From an uncultured archaeon (lineage in GTDB: Archaea; Asgardarchaeota; Lokiarchaeia; Sigyniarchaeales; SOKP01): DNA of 64,000 bases. The notes beneath the pieces are model-generated. The model ran no database searches and was not told the DNA's origin. It saw only the letters and a program-made list of their open reading frames with translations. Both the position numbers and the translations under genes were made by a program. Location of the stretch: assembly GCA_964508365.1 (NCBI GenBank), contig CAZDTP010000008.1:35513-99512 (forward strand). The letters are read 5' to 3'. Shown piece after piece: positions 8,844 to 16,990 of the stretch. The first letter of the stretch is position 1. Each line of letters opens with the position of its first letter.

Positions 8844-9716
8844 TTATAAACCAAGTTTTTCTAATACGGGTTTTAATCGAACTCTGTGAAATTTCAAACC
8901 GATATCGTCTGGAGTGAAGCCCATCGCTAAAGCGTAAAGTTCTGTGATATACATCACGGGAGTATCGTATTCAGTTTCGTATGTCTTACCTAAATCTCGC
9001 TGTCTCGTGTCGAATTGTTGATAACACGCAGGACAATTTACAACGATCACATCTGCGCCAGATTTTTTGATGGCGTCCATCTTAATCTTTAGGTTAGCAA
9101 ACCCGTGTTCTTCGTAAGCGTTCGTCACAGCACTCCCGCAGCATAAAACTTCCTCTCCATAATCGACAACGGTTGCTCCACTTGCTTCTACGAGTTTCTT
9201 TAGCGTGGTTGGTCTCATAGGATCGTCGGATTCCATCCATTCAGCGGGTCGCATATAGTGACACCCTGGATGGACAGCAACTTTTAGACCGTCGAGCGGT
9301 TTAGTAATTGCTCCTTTGACCTTGTCTAAATTATCGCTGAGCACATCGACAAAATGTTTAATATCTATCGTGCCTTTATATTCTTTGCCGATCTTAGCGA
9401 GTTCTTTATTGACCTTATCCATTTTCCATGAATCGTGCTTTAATTGATGTTGAACGCCTCTGAGCGTGTTGGTGCAACCATTACATAAAGAGATTATGTC
9501 TTTTCCTTCAGCTTCAGCTAAACATAAATTTCTCGCACCAATTGCTAGCCAGGCGTCGTTGTCAAACGATTTCATGCCAGTGGGATCAGGACAACAAGAA
9601 AAGTTTGTTTGTGAAGTCTCAATTCCTACCTTATCAAAAACTTTTCTGGATGCGGCTTCTATGAAAGGAATACGATTTCCAATAGTACAACCTTCAAACA
9701 TTTTATATTCTGTCAT
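8844..9716 (-). CDS. hdrB: Heterodisulfide reductase subunit B (paralog 1)
   Basis: Two CCG domains: SCCPDP...CNGC and HPGCHY...LCCGS...NCPAC. Confidence 0.93.
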   Translation of the reverse strand: MTEYKMFEGCTIGNRIPFIEAASRKVFDKVGIETSQTNFSCCPDPTGMKSFDNDAWLAIGARNLCLAEAEGKDIISLCNGCTNTLRGVQHQLKHDSWKMDKVNKELAKIGKEYKGTIDIKHFVDVLSDNLDKVKGAITKPLDGLKVAVHPGCHYMRPAEWMESDDPMRPTTLKKLVEASGATVVDYGEEVLCCGSAVTNAYEEHGFANLKIKMDAIKKSGADVIVVNCPACYQQFDTRQRDLGKTYETEYDTPVMYITELYALAMGFTPDDIGLKFHRVRLKPVLEKLGL

Positions 9717-9731
9717 TTTTTATTATTCCTC

Positions 9732-10259
9732 CTATTTTAGCTTTTTATCTGCTCCAATATTTTTTAATAAAGTTTGGAATTCACTGACATCTGGTTGCAT
9801 GACAAGTGGTATACCTAATTGTTCTCGTCTACGCTCGATAGGATCCTTCCCAGTTTTTGATGGAGGGATTGCTTTTCCACTTTCAAAGATCGCTCTTGCT
9901 TGCGAAAAAATGAAATCTGGTCCCTTTCCATTCGCGATGCTCTGATTCTTTAAAAATGTAAAGACTTCAGTCAATTCGATGTTCTGTGGACACACTTCAT
10001 CGCAAGTGTCGCACACTGTACAACCCCATATTGTTAGAGGGTCAGCGTTAAATATCGCATCTTTGTATCCTAACAAGGCATTAAGAATATTACTTCTTGG
10101 ATTGTATCCTGTAGTCGTATAGAAATCGGTCGTTACCTTAGTAACTGGACAATTATCTGCACAACGGCTACACTGATAGCAGTATTTAATTAAATCAGAC
10201 CCGATATGATAATCCATAACTTGTTTTCGAAATTCAAAATCTACTGTCATTTTTTTCAC
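9732..10259 (-). CDS. hdrC: Heterodisulfide reductase subunit C (paralog 1)
   Basis: CYQCSRCADNCP and CTVCDTCDEVCP [4Fe-4S] motifs; adjacent to hdrB. Confidence 0.92.
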   Translation of the reverse strand: MKKMTVDFEFRKQVMDYHIGSDLIKYCYQCSRCADNCPVTKVTTDFYTTTGYNPRSNILNALLGYKDAIFNADPLTIWGCTVCDTCDEVCPQNIELTEVFTFLKNQSIANGKGPDFIFSQARAIFESGKAIPPSKTGKDPIERRREQLGIPLVMQPDVSEFQTLLKNIGADKKLK

Positions 10260-10300
10260 ATCTTTTTCAATTTTTCATTTCCATTTATTTTATATATTTA

Positions 10301-10371
10301 TTGGCTTTTACCCCGGGCAGGGGGCGTTATATCCAATCTATTGTTTTTATTGGATATTCATCCTAAGCCAA
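10301..10371 (-). promoter_or_regulatory. Candidate SECIS-like element 3' of vhuU, overlapping its UGA stop
   Basis: Minus strand reads AUGA-AUAUCCAAU-AAAAACAAUAG-AUUGGAUAU-AAC: a perfect 9-bp helix with an A-rich loop. It is followed by a GCCCC/GGGGU hairpin, and both are enclosed by UUGGCUU/AAGCCAA. Confidence 0.55.
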
Positions 10372-10510
10372 CATTCAACTTGCGAGAGTAAACCTCTTCA
10401 CCGTTTTCTTTAACAACGGTTATGTGGGCTGCACACGATAGTCAACAATCGAAGCAACGCACAATCATTTCTAAAAGGTTTACTACTCCTTCTGGTATTT
10501 CTTCGCTCAT
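10358..10510 (-). CDS. vhuU: VhuU: selenocysteine-containing C-terminal peptide of the split [NiFe(Se)]-hydrogenase large subunit
   Basis: MSEEIPEGVVNLLEMIVRCFDC-U(TGA 10444-10442)-LSCAAHITVVKENGEEVYSRKLNVGLG-stop. It supplies the L2 motif that is missing from the upstream large subunit. Confidence 0.9.
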
Positions 10511-10537
10511 TTTTTAATCACGGTTTCCTCTTTTTTT

Positions 10538-11842
10538 TTAATTAATCCAAGGGTCTGGTAATTTTAATCCTTCTAATGCCTTATCTTCAAACACTTGTTT
10601 TGCTACGTGCATTAGTGTTTTCTCAATCCCAGCAATGTTGTGATTCGTCGCAACTAAGAGATTCGCTTTCTTACATATTCCTTCAGCATCAGACCATATA
10701 TTGTATAACAATAGCCCTCTTGGAGCTTCAGTTACTCCTACGCCACTTCCTTCTCTTGGTTGCACATCTAAGGTTTTGCAATCAGGGTTTACTACATCTG
10801 GATCTTGTAAGAGTGTAGCAATCATTTCGATCGACTCAACTAATTCAATTAATCGAGCCCAGTGATATGCGAAAGTATGATGGGAAATTGGTCCAACTTT
10901 ATCTCTAAAGGCTTTAAGCGCACCGTCAGCCAAAGGAGTTGCCATCTTATCAGCACAATTAATCATCGCTAATGTATTAGCACGATAAATACCATCAGGA
11001 TACCCTGCAGGCTTGTAATACATATGAGTTGCATATGAATGCTCTGGAATATGTTCACCAAGAGCGTCCAAATAGTCATGAACATCGTAGTCAATCTTCT
11101 TGCCATCAGGCGTAACTATTCTGATATCTCCTTCGTAAATATCGTGTACACCATTTTTAGTCATCCCCAGATAATAAGTAGGAACAACACCTACGTTAGC
11201 AACAACATCCCAATAATCTTCTACTACTTTTAATCCGATCTCAACAGTCTTCTTTGAAAATTCAACTTGTTCGTTAATTTGTGCTAAGAATTTATCCCGA
11301 GACGCTTCGCTCATTGGTTTTTTCATGCCTCCAACAATTGCAGAAATAGGATGAACTGATTTTCCTCCAATATCCGCACAGAGTTTTTGACCGAAATCCA
11401 TCATTTTTAAAGCCATTGCTCCAACATCAGGCATTTTGCTAATTACATGAACAACATTCCTTAACGCAGGATCCGCAAAAGGGCCTAATAAGAAATCAGG
11501 TGCAGCGAGTGCATAAAAGTGTAGTGCGTGACTGGAATATTGTTTCGCATTTTGTAGCAAAATTCGCAATTTTCGAGCTGGCTCTGGAATAGTAACCCCC
11601 CAAGCATCCTCAACTGCTTTAGTAGGAGTTAAATGATGTGGGATTGGACAAATTCCGCAAATTCGAGGCGTGATTCTAGGTATATGCTCACAATAGCGAC
11701 CTTCAAGAAACTTCTCGAAGAATCGTGTGGAAGCTATGTTAAATTGAGCGTCTTTTACCTTGCCATCGTCTCCGATGACAAATCTTAATCCACCATGTCC
11801 CTCTAACCGAGTGACTGGTTCTACTGTTATTTCTTTTACCAT
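10538..11842 (-). CDS. mvhA: Group 3c [NiFe]-hydrogenase large subunit lacking the C-terminal L2 motif (VhuA type)
   Basis: EPVTRLEGHG, RICGICPIPH (L1) and EAPRGLL. It ends at LPDPWIN without DPCxxCxxH. Confidence 0.94.
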   Translation of the reverse strand: MVKEITVEPVTRLEGHGGLRFVIGDDGKVKDAQFNIASTRFFEKFLEGRYCEHIPRITPRICGICPIPHHLTPTKAVEDAWGVTIPEPARKLRILLQNAKQYSSHALHFYALAAPDFLLGPFADPALRNVVHVISKMPDVGAMALKMMDFGQKLCADIGGKSVHPISAIVGGMKKPMSEASRDKFLAQINEQVEFSKKTVEIGLKVVEDYWDVVANVGVVPTYYLGMTKNGVHDIYEGDIRIVTPDGKKIDYDVHDYLDALGEHIPEHSYATHMYYKPAGYPDGIYRANTLAMINCADKMATPLADGALKAFRDKVGPISHHTFAYHWARLIELVESIEMIATLLQDPDVVNPDCKTLDVQPREGSGVGVTEAPRGLLLYNIWSDAEGICKKANLLVATNHNIAGIEKTLMHVAKQVFEDKALEGLKLPDPWIN

Positions 11843-11852
11843 CTTTTTCCAC

Positions 11853-13169
11853 CTACCTATAGTTTTTGTTTGTGGCTAACGTAAACTTCTCACTAAAGCC
11901 GAGCTTGTCCTTCATCTGGGCAAGTAGTTCTTCTTTTGATAAAGCTACGTTAAAGCCCTTTGTTACTACATCAGCAAAGCGTTCAGCTTGGTTAACTCCC
12001 CAAGCTGTTTGGCCAAAGCAGCCGGAACATGGTGCATTAACTCTCATACACAGTCCTCCACATCCTGCTCTAGTTATCGGACCTGCACACAAGTATCCTT
12101 GTTCTATTAAACAATCATTCATGTTTGGGAGTCCTTCGTAATCTCTTTTCACTCTCGTCATTTGGGATTTGCTTCCAATTTGAAGGTCGCATTGATCGCA
12201 CACGGTTGAAATTTTAATAAATTCCCTATGATTCTTCAGAAATCTCAGGATATTAGAATAGATATCTCCTGTGTCCGCAGGTACGTTGGCTAAAGCTGTC
12301 TTAGGCTCTCCAGTTCTTCTGACTTGCTTTAAGATGTCCCCCGCTAGATCAAATCCAGACATTAAAGGTACATTTAAAAACAATGTCAAGAACTCGTGCA
12401 AATTCTTCTTGTCACCAGAACTAAGTTGGTCAATATTCTGAGTCATTGCTTTCAATTTTTCTGCTCTTGATGAAACTGTTTTTGCTGGCCCGAGACATCC
12501 AACGCATGGGTCACCATTATCAGTACACTTAAGTGTACAGCCCATACTAGTAATCGACCCAAAACATAATTCATATTTTTCTAATAAACAGTTTTCGTTA
12601 TTTAGAGAGCAATCATTACAGAAAGATAAATCTGCCATCGGTTGTGGCTTTTGACCAAGTAGAAATTGAACTGAACTTATGATAGCTTCTGGTTTCGGTG
12701 GACATCCAGCCATATATACGTCAACGCTAATAACCTCATCCAATGGAACGATTTTATTGGTGAATCCAGGCATATGTTCTTTTGGTTCGTGTGGAGATTC
12801 GTTAGTGATCGATTCTACTTGTTCGAACTTCCGTTTGATGCTATCTTCTATGTCCCACTCATTAGCTAATCCGTGAACATTACCGTAGCAAGAACAACTG
12901 CCAAAAGCAATTATGAGTTGGCATTTAGCCCTCATGAGCTTGGCGTTTTCTACATCTGCGTTTGTTCTTAAACTACCTTCCACGAAGCCTACAAGAATGT
13001 CTCCGTCTGGTCGCGCTACTAGTGAATCGTGTTTGAAATCTACAACTGCTGGCCAATATACAATATCAAGCGCTGGGAGAACTGGCAACAATCCTAAATG
13101 TGCGTTCAATAAGGATTGATGACATCCCCAACAATCGCTATTTTGCATAAAAGCTACTTTTACTGCCAT
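11853..13169 (-). CDS. mvhG: Group 3c hydrogenase small subunit (MvhG/VhuG) with a duplicated C-terminal Fe-S module
   Basis: DCWGCHQS, GSCSCYG and AGCPP proximal cluster, followed by two 8-Cys modules. Confidence 0.92.
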   Translation of the reverse strand: MAVKVAFMQNSDCWGCHQSLLNAHLGLLPVLPALDIVYWPAVVDFKHDSLVARPDGDILVGFVEGSLRTNADVENAKLMRAKCQLIIAFGSCSCYGNVHGLANEWDIEDSIKRKFEQVESITNESPHEPKEHMPGFTNKIVPLDEVISVDVYMAGCPPKPEAIISSVQFLLGQKPQPMADLSFCNDCSLNNENCLLEKYELCFGSITSMGCTLKCTDNGDPCVGCLGPAKTVSSRAEKLKAMTQNIDQLSSGDKKNLHEFLTLFLNVPLMSGFDLAGDILKQVRRTGEPKTALANVPADTGDIYSNILRFLKNHREFIKISTVCDQCDLQIGSKSQMTRVKRDYEGLPNMNDCLIEQGYLCAGPITRAGCGGLCMRVNAPCSGCFGQTAWGVNQAERFADVVTKGFNVALSKEELLAQMKDKLGFSEKFTLATNKNYR

Positions 13170-13447
13170 TTTTCATCTTCTATTTTTTGTTTTTTTTTTT
13201 TATTTTTAAAATTAGCCAATTTGTTTATAAAAATTAGTTGTGTTAAATAAATCATAATTTAATAAAAAGACTTCTGCTTTTAAACTATAGATTGCGATAA
13301 AGTTTCAAATAGTAGTAATAAAAAAAATGTGCTATAGCAAAACAATCCTTATTTGGGAAAAGAATTTCTGAATAATCATTCTTAAAACTTGGGAGTTCAA
13401 TAAAAAGTGTTTTTCTTTGGTTTAACTTTGATCAATAATGTTGACAA

Positions 13448-13537
13448 AATATCAAATTCGGCAGAAAAGAAACAATTCTTCATATATTTTATGTTTTTTT
13501 TGAATAATTATTAATATCAAATTCGACAGAAGAGAAA
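13448..13537. repeat. Pair of 25-nt direct repeats in the divergent mvhG/tusA promoter region
   Basis: AATATCAAATTCGGCAGAAAAGAAA (13448-13472) and AATATCAAATTCGACAGAAGAGAAA (13513-13537), 23/25 identical. Confidence 0.75.
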
Positions 13538-13672
13538 GAGGTTTTTGTACATTTTATGTTATATTTGAACGATTATTAATAAATTTTAAATAAGTCGGAA
13601 AATAATAAGAATTATCTATTTTAATTGAATAGATATTCAAAAAAATAACACAAACATCTTGGTTTATTAAAA

Positions 13673-13906
13673 ATGGTTGACATAACTGAAACGTTGGATT
13701 GTACGGGCGAAGTGTGCCCATATCCAGATGTGAAAAGTAAAAGGAAAGTAAAAAAAATGAAATCAGGGGAGATTTTAAAGATTTTAGTCGATTATCCTCT
13801 CTCAGCTGAGAGGATTCCTGAAACGATGGAATCTCTTGGCCATGAAGTAATCTCGTCGGAAAAAACGGGAGCATCTGCATGGGAAATCCTGATTAAAATA
13901 AAATAG
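13673..13906 (+). CDS. tusA: TusA/SirA/YeeD-family sulfur carrier
   Basis: LDCTGEVCPYP (CPxP motif) and ILVD. Confidence 0.93.
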   Translation: MVDITETLDCTGEVCPYPDVKSKRKVKKMKSGEILKILVDYPLSAERIPETMESLGHEVISSEKTGASAWEILIKIK

Positions 13907-13916
13907 GTGAAACAAA

Positions 13917-14972
13917 ATGGCAATGGAATTTTTATATATGTTAGTAGTTGGACTTATAATTGGAGCCATATTTGGTTTTATATTGCAAAGTGGAAGATTC
14001 TGCATGAATTCTGCCTTTAGAGATATTATTCTCTTGAAGGAGTTTAAACTCGCAAAGGCCGTTGCAGTGTCTCTAGCAGTGCTAGCGGTTGGATTCTCTA
14101 TTTTTGCTTTCGCGGGAATAATAAACCTCTCTCCTAAACCTTTTGCGCCATGGGCAGCAATTGTTGGTGGCCTTATCTTTGGGATGGGGATGGTTTTTGC
14201 CGGCGGATGTGCGAGTGGAACAACTTATCGAGTCGGAGAAGGAATGATGGGATCATTTGTTGCTGCTGTTGGACTAACAGTTGGTGCCTTAATGACAGCT
14301 GGTGGAGTTTTAAGCGATGTTTCAATTTGGTTAAAAAGCTTCAATTATGGGCAAATAACTCTTGTTGGTGCATTTGACGCTTTTATTCTCCCAATCTTCA
14401 TGCTAATTCTCGGTATTGTTGGAATAGCTTTGATGTTATTCTTCTGGTCGTGGCCAGTAATAAAGAGAAAGATAGATGCTAAGGAACCTTTTATAAAGTT
14501 TGATAACTTTGTTGAAGTAAGCTTTAAAAAGGCATATCCATGGTGGGTAACTGGAATTTTAATTGGTCTTATTCTAACAGCTGGATATGTAGCTAGTGGT
14601 AGCGTTATTGGTATAACTGGAGGCTGGATGAACATTAGTGGCTGGTTAACTGCTGGTGAATTTTCAGCAACAAGTAGCTTAGCTTGGACTGGATTCATCA
14701 TCTTCGGCATTCTAATTGGAGCAATGGTGAGTGCAATTCTTAAGAAAGAGTTCAAATTTAGAGTTCCAAAAGATGGTTTTACATTGCTAAAACAATTCTT
14801 TGGTGGAATTTTAATGGGATTTGGCGCAGTAACCGCTATGGGTTGTAACATTACCAACATCTTAGGTGGAATACCACAGCTATCCTTACATAGCATCATA
14901 GTTGGTGTTTGCATAATGTTAGGTTCTTGGATAATGGCTTATCTTCTCTTCATGAGAGGAGACAAAGAATAA
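13917..14972 (+). CDS. yeeE: YeeE/YedE (TsuA)-family thiosulfate/sulfur-compound transporter
   Basis: Multi-TM protein with the three conserved Cys motifs RFCM, GGCASG and MGCNI. Confidence 0.92.
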   Translation: MAMEFLYMLVVGLIIGAIFGFILQSGRFCMNSAFRDIILLKEFKLAKAVAVSLAVLAVGFSIFAFAGIINLSPKPFAPWAAIVGGLIFGMGMVFAGGCASGTTYRVGEGMMGSFVAAVGLTVGALMTAGGVLSDVSIWLKSFNYGQITLVGAFDAFILPIFMLILGIVGIALMLFFWSWPVIKRKIDAKEPFIKFDNFVEVSFKKAYPWWVTGILIGLILTAGYVASGSVIGITGGWMNISGWLTAGEFSATSSLAWTGFIIFGILIGAMVSAILKKEFKFRVPKDGFTLLKQFFGGILMGFGAVTAMGCNITNILGGIPQLSLHSIIVGVCIMLGSWIMAYLLFMRGDKE

Positions 14973-14991
14973 ATTGAGTTGATATCAAAAA

Positions 14992-15354
14992 ATGCCTCGA
15001 TTAGGAATTCTTTTCTTTGATGGCCCATACCAAACGCAAGCCGCTGAAACTGTGGTCAAGCTTTCTAGCGCAGCTTTAGACAAAGGACACGAAGTTCGTA
15101 TCTTTTGTTATATGGATGCCGTAAATGCACTCTTAGAGAATCAGAAAAAGATTGAAGGGATTTTCAATATTGAAGAGGGTTTCAGAGAAATACTAGATAA
15201 AGGAGCCACTATTAGATTGTGTAATCTATGTCTCTTAGTTAGGGGTACCATGAAAAACTGTCTAGAGAAAGAATGCGGCGATATAAAACGAGCAGGGACT
15301 CCCGATCTAGCTAAAATAATAGAAGAAACTGATAAACTTATAGTAATTTGTTAA
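14992..15354 (+). CDS. dsrE: DsrE/TusD-like sulfurtransferase
   Basis: GPYQTQAA, FCYMDAV and LCNLCLLVRG (persulfide-forming Cys position). Confidence 0.85.
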   Translation: MPRLGILFFDGPYQTQAAETVVKLSSAALDKGHEVRIFCYMDAVNALLENQKKIEGIFNIEEGFREILDKGATIRLCNLCLLVRGTMKNCLEKECGDIKRAGTPDLAKIIEETDKLIVIC

Positions 15355-15365
15355 GGTGATAAAAA

Positions 15366-15710
15366 ATGGCAGAAGAAAAAAATGTGGTTATACTTTTACG
15401 GCAACCTCCTCATGGAACTTTGTATCCTGTTGAAGGATTAAGAATGACGGTTGCTGTTAGTGCTGATTTCGATCCTATTACAATAGCAATTAACGACGCA
15501 GTTTACACCTTTACAAAAGACGTTGACAAAACCATGTACGCTATGCACATTGAATTTATTAAAAATATTGATTTAGATATATTTGTTGATAAAAAATCTC
15601 TTGACGAGCGTGGCTTAAAAAAAGAGGATCTAATAGATCAAATTGAAGTTAAAGAACATGGAGAAATATTAAAAATGATTGCGGATTCAACCGTAACCAT
15701 TCCGTTCTAG
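15366..15710 (+). CDS. dsrF: DsrF/TusC-like protein
   Basis: LRQPPHGT..PVEGLRM, DAVY and SLDERGL motifs; gene order E-F-H. Confidence 0.82.
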   Translation: MAEEKNVVILLRQPPHGTLYPVEGLRMTVAVSADFDPITIAINDAVYTFTKDVDKTMYAMHIEFIKNIDLDIFVDKKSLDERGLKKEDLIDQIEVKEHGEILKMIADSTVTIPF

Positions 15711-15722
15711 GAGGAGATAAAA

Positions 15723-16022
15723 ATGGGCAAAAAAGTGTTGTATTTTATAACAAGTGAAGATATTACAGGAGTAGAACTTGCAATGGAGCACACAGACGAC
15801 GATGACGTCACGATTCTTTTACTTCAAAACGCGGTCTATTTTGCAAATAAATCTAATAAAGCGATTTCACAAGCGCTTAATCAAAACAAAAAGGTTACTG
15901 CTTGTAAAGAACACGTAGATACTCGGGGAATAAATAAGTTTATTTCTGATAAGATCAGACTGGTTGCTTCTGATGAGGTAATTGACTTAATTTTTGAGAA
16001 CGATACCATTATAAATATGTAA
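15723..16022 (+). CDS. dsrH: DsrH/TusB-like protein
   Basis: LLLQNAVY and HVDTRG motifs; third gene of the triad. Confidence 0.8.
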   Translation: MGKKVLYFITSEDITGVELAMEHTDDDDVTILLLQNAVYFANKSNKAISQALNQNKKVTACKEHVDTRGINKFISDKIRLVASDEVIDLIFENDTIINM

Positions 16023-16050
16023 TCAAGAAATTGAAAGAAGCTAAACTCAA

Positions 16051-16076
16051 TTTTTTTTTTAATTTTTTTTTTTTTT
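16051..16076 (+). terminator. Oligo-T intrinsic terminator candidate for the tusA-yeeE-dsrEFH operon
   Basis: T10-AA-T14 about 30 nt after the dsrH stop. Confidence 0.55.
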
Positions 16077-16157
16077 GAAAGCGAACCAAATGAATTTTAA
16101 ATCTTCTAAGATTTTTAGGAGTTAATTCTTTCAAAAAATAATTTTTCTATATGAATA

Positions 16158-16970
16158 GTGATTTATGTGGTATTTAATCCGTTTGATAGTAGTTTAGCTT
16201 TTGTTTGGGATTTAATTGCGACAGTCATATCTATTGTTATATTGTTAGCTTTGGTACAAATCAATGCTTTAATGCAAAAAAAGGGAAAAGTTTCACAAAT
16301 TATTACAAGAAAATTCGTGCATATATTTGCGGGTCCCATATTCGTAGTTACATGGATGCTCTTTTCAGGTGAAATTATTAGTCACTATATAGCTGTAATA
16401 GTTCCACTGTTATTCGTGTTACAGTTCGTAGCTATTGGTACTGGTCTTATGAAGAACGAGAGTTTTGTGGCATCAATGTCGAGATCGGGAGACCCTAAAG
16501 AACTTCTTCAAGGAACGCTCTATTATGCAATTGTTATGGTGTTAATGACTTTTTTCTGGTTTTACGTACCTTCTACCGGCATAAATAATGCAAATCCTAC
16601 CGCACTACTTATTATTGGGTGTGTTTCGGGTGGAGATGGGTTAGCGGATATAATAGGTCGTAAATTTGGTGGAGAAAAAAAGTTTGGAATTAAAGGAAGC
16701 GAAAAGACCATTATAGGGAGTATAGGTATGCTGGTTGGATCAATATTAGTTAGCTCTATTCTCGTCTTGATCTTTTCTCTAGAAGTTCCGCATTTTAATA
16801 TCATTACACTCATTTTACCGATAATTGTTGTTAGTATAGTTGCCACTATAGTAGAAGCGTTATCACCTAAGGGTACTGATAACTTCACAATTTTTCTTGC
16901 GGTCATAATCGTTATCTTGATATTTGAGTTAGGATTTCCAGACTTTTGGCCTTATTCTTTTAGTTTCTAA
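16158..16970 (+). CDS. CTP-dependent polyprenol kinase (phytol/dolichol/DGK1-like, cytidylyltransferase family)
   Basis: Multi-TM protein with RKFVHI, GDGLADIIGRKFG, KTIIGS and DNFTI motifs. Confidence 0.85.
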   Translation: MIYVVFNPFDSSLAFVWDLIATVISIVILLALVQINALMQKKGKVSQIITRKFVHIFAGPIFVVTWMLFSGEIISHYIAVIVPLLFVLQFVAIGTGLMKNESFVASMSRSGDPKELLQGTLYYAIVMVLMTFFWFYVPSTGINNANPTALLIIGCVSGGDGLADIIGRKFGGEKKFGIKGSEKTIIGSIGMLVGSILVSSILVLIFSLEVPHFNIITLILPIIVVSIVATIVEALSPKGTDNFTIFLAVIIVILIFELGFPDFWPYSFSF

Positions 16971-16990
16971 TACAATATTTAGGAGTATAA

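Noticed and set aside
9466-9945. 159-aa plus-strand ORF overlapping hdrB/hdrC
   Set aside because: Antisense shadow with no motifs. The same applies to the other nested antisense or alternate-frame track ORFs (e.g. 1851..2072, 4928..5275, 14345..14914, 21132..21551, 55816..56166).
10298-10360. Possible readthrough of the second UGA of vhuU giving a 20-aa extension to TAA
   Set aside because: The extension has no conserved-looking content, the tail is proteolytically removed anyway, and the sequence is better explained as RNA structure.
13448-13537. Direct repeats considered as a degenerate CRISPR array
   Set aside because: Only two copies, not palindromic, with no cas genes or leader in the window; an operator pair is more parsimonious.
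13554-13880. 108-aa minus-strand ORF in the divergent promoter/tusA region
   Set aside because: It overlaps tusA antisense and has no recognisable motif.
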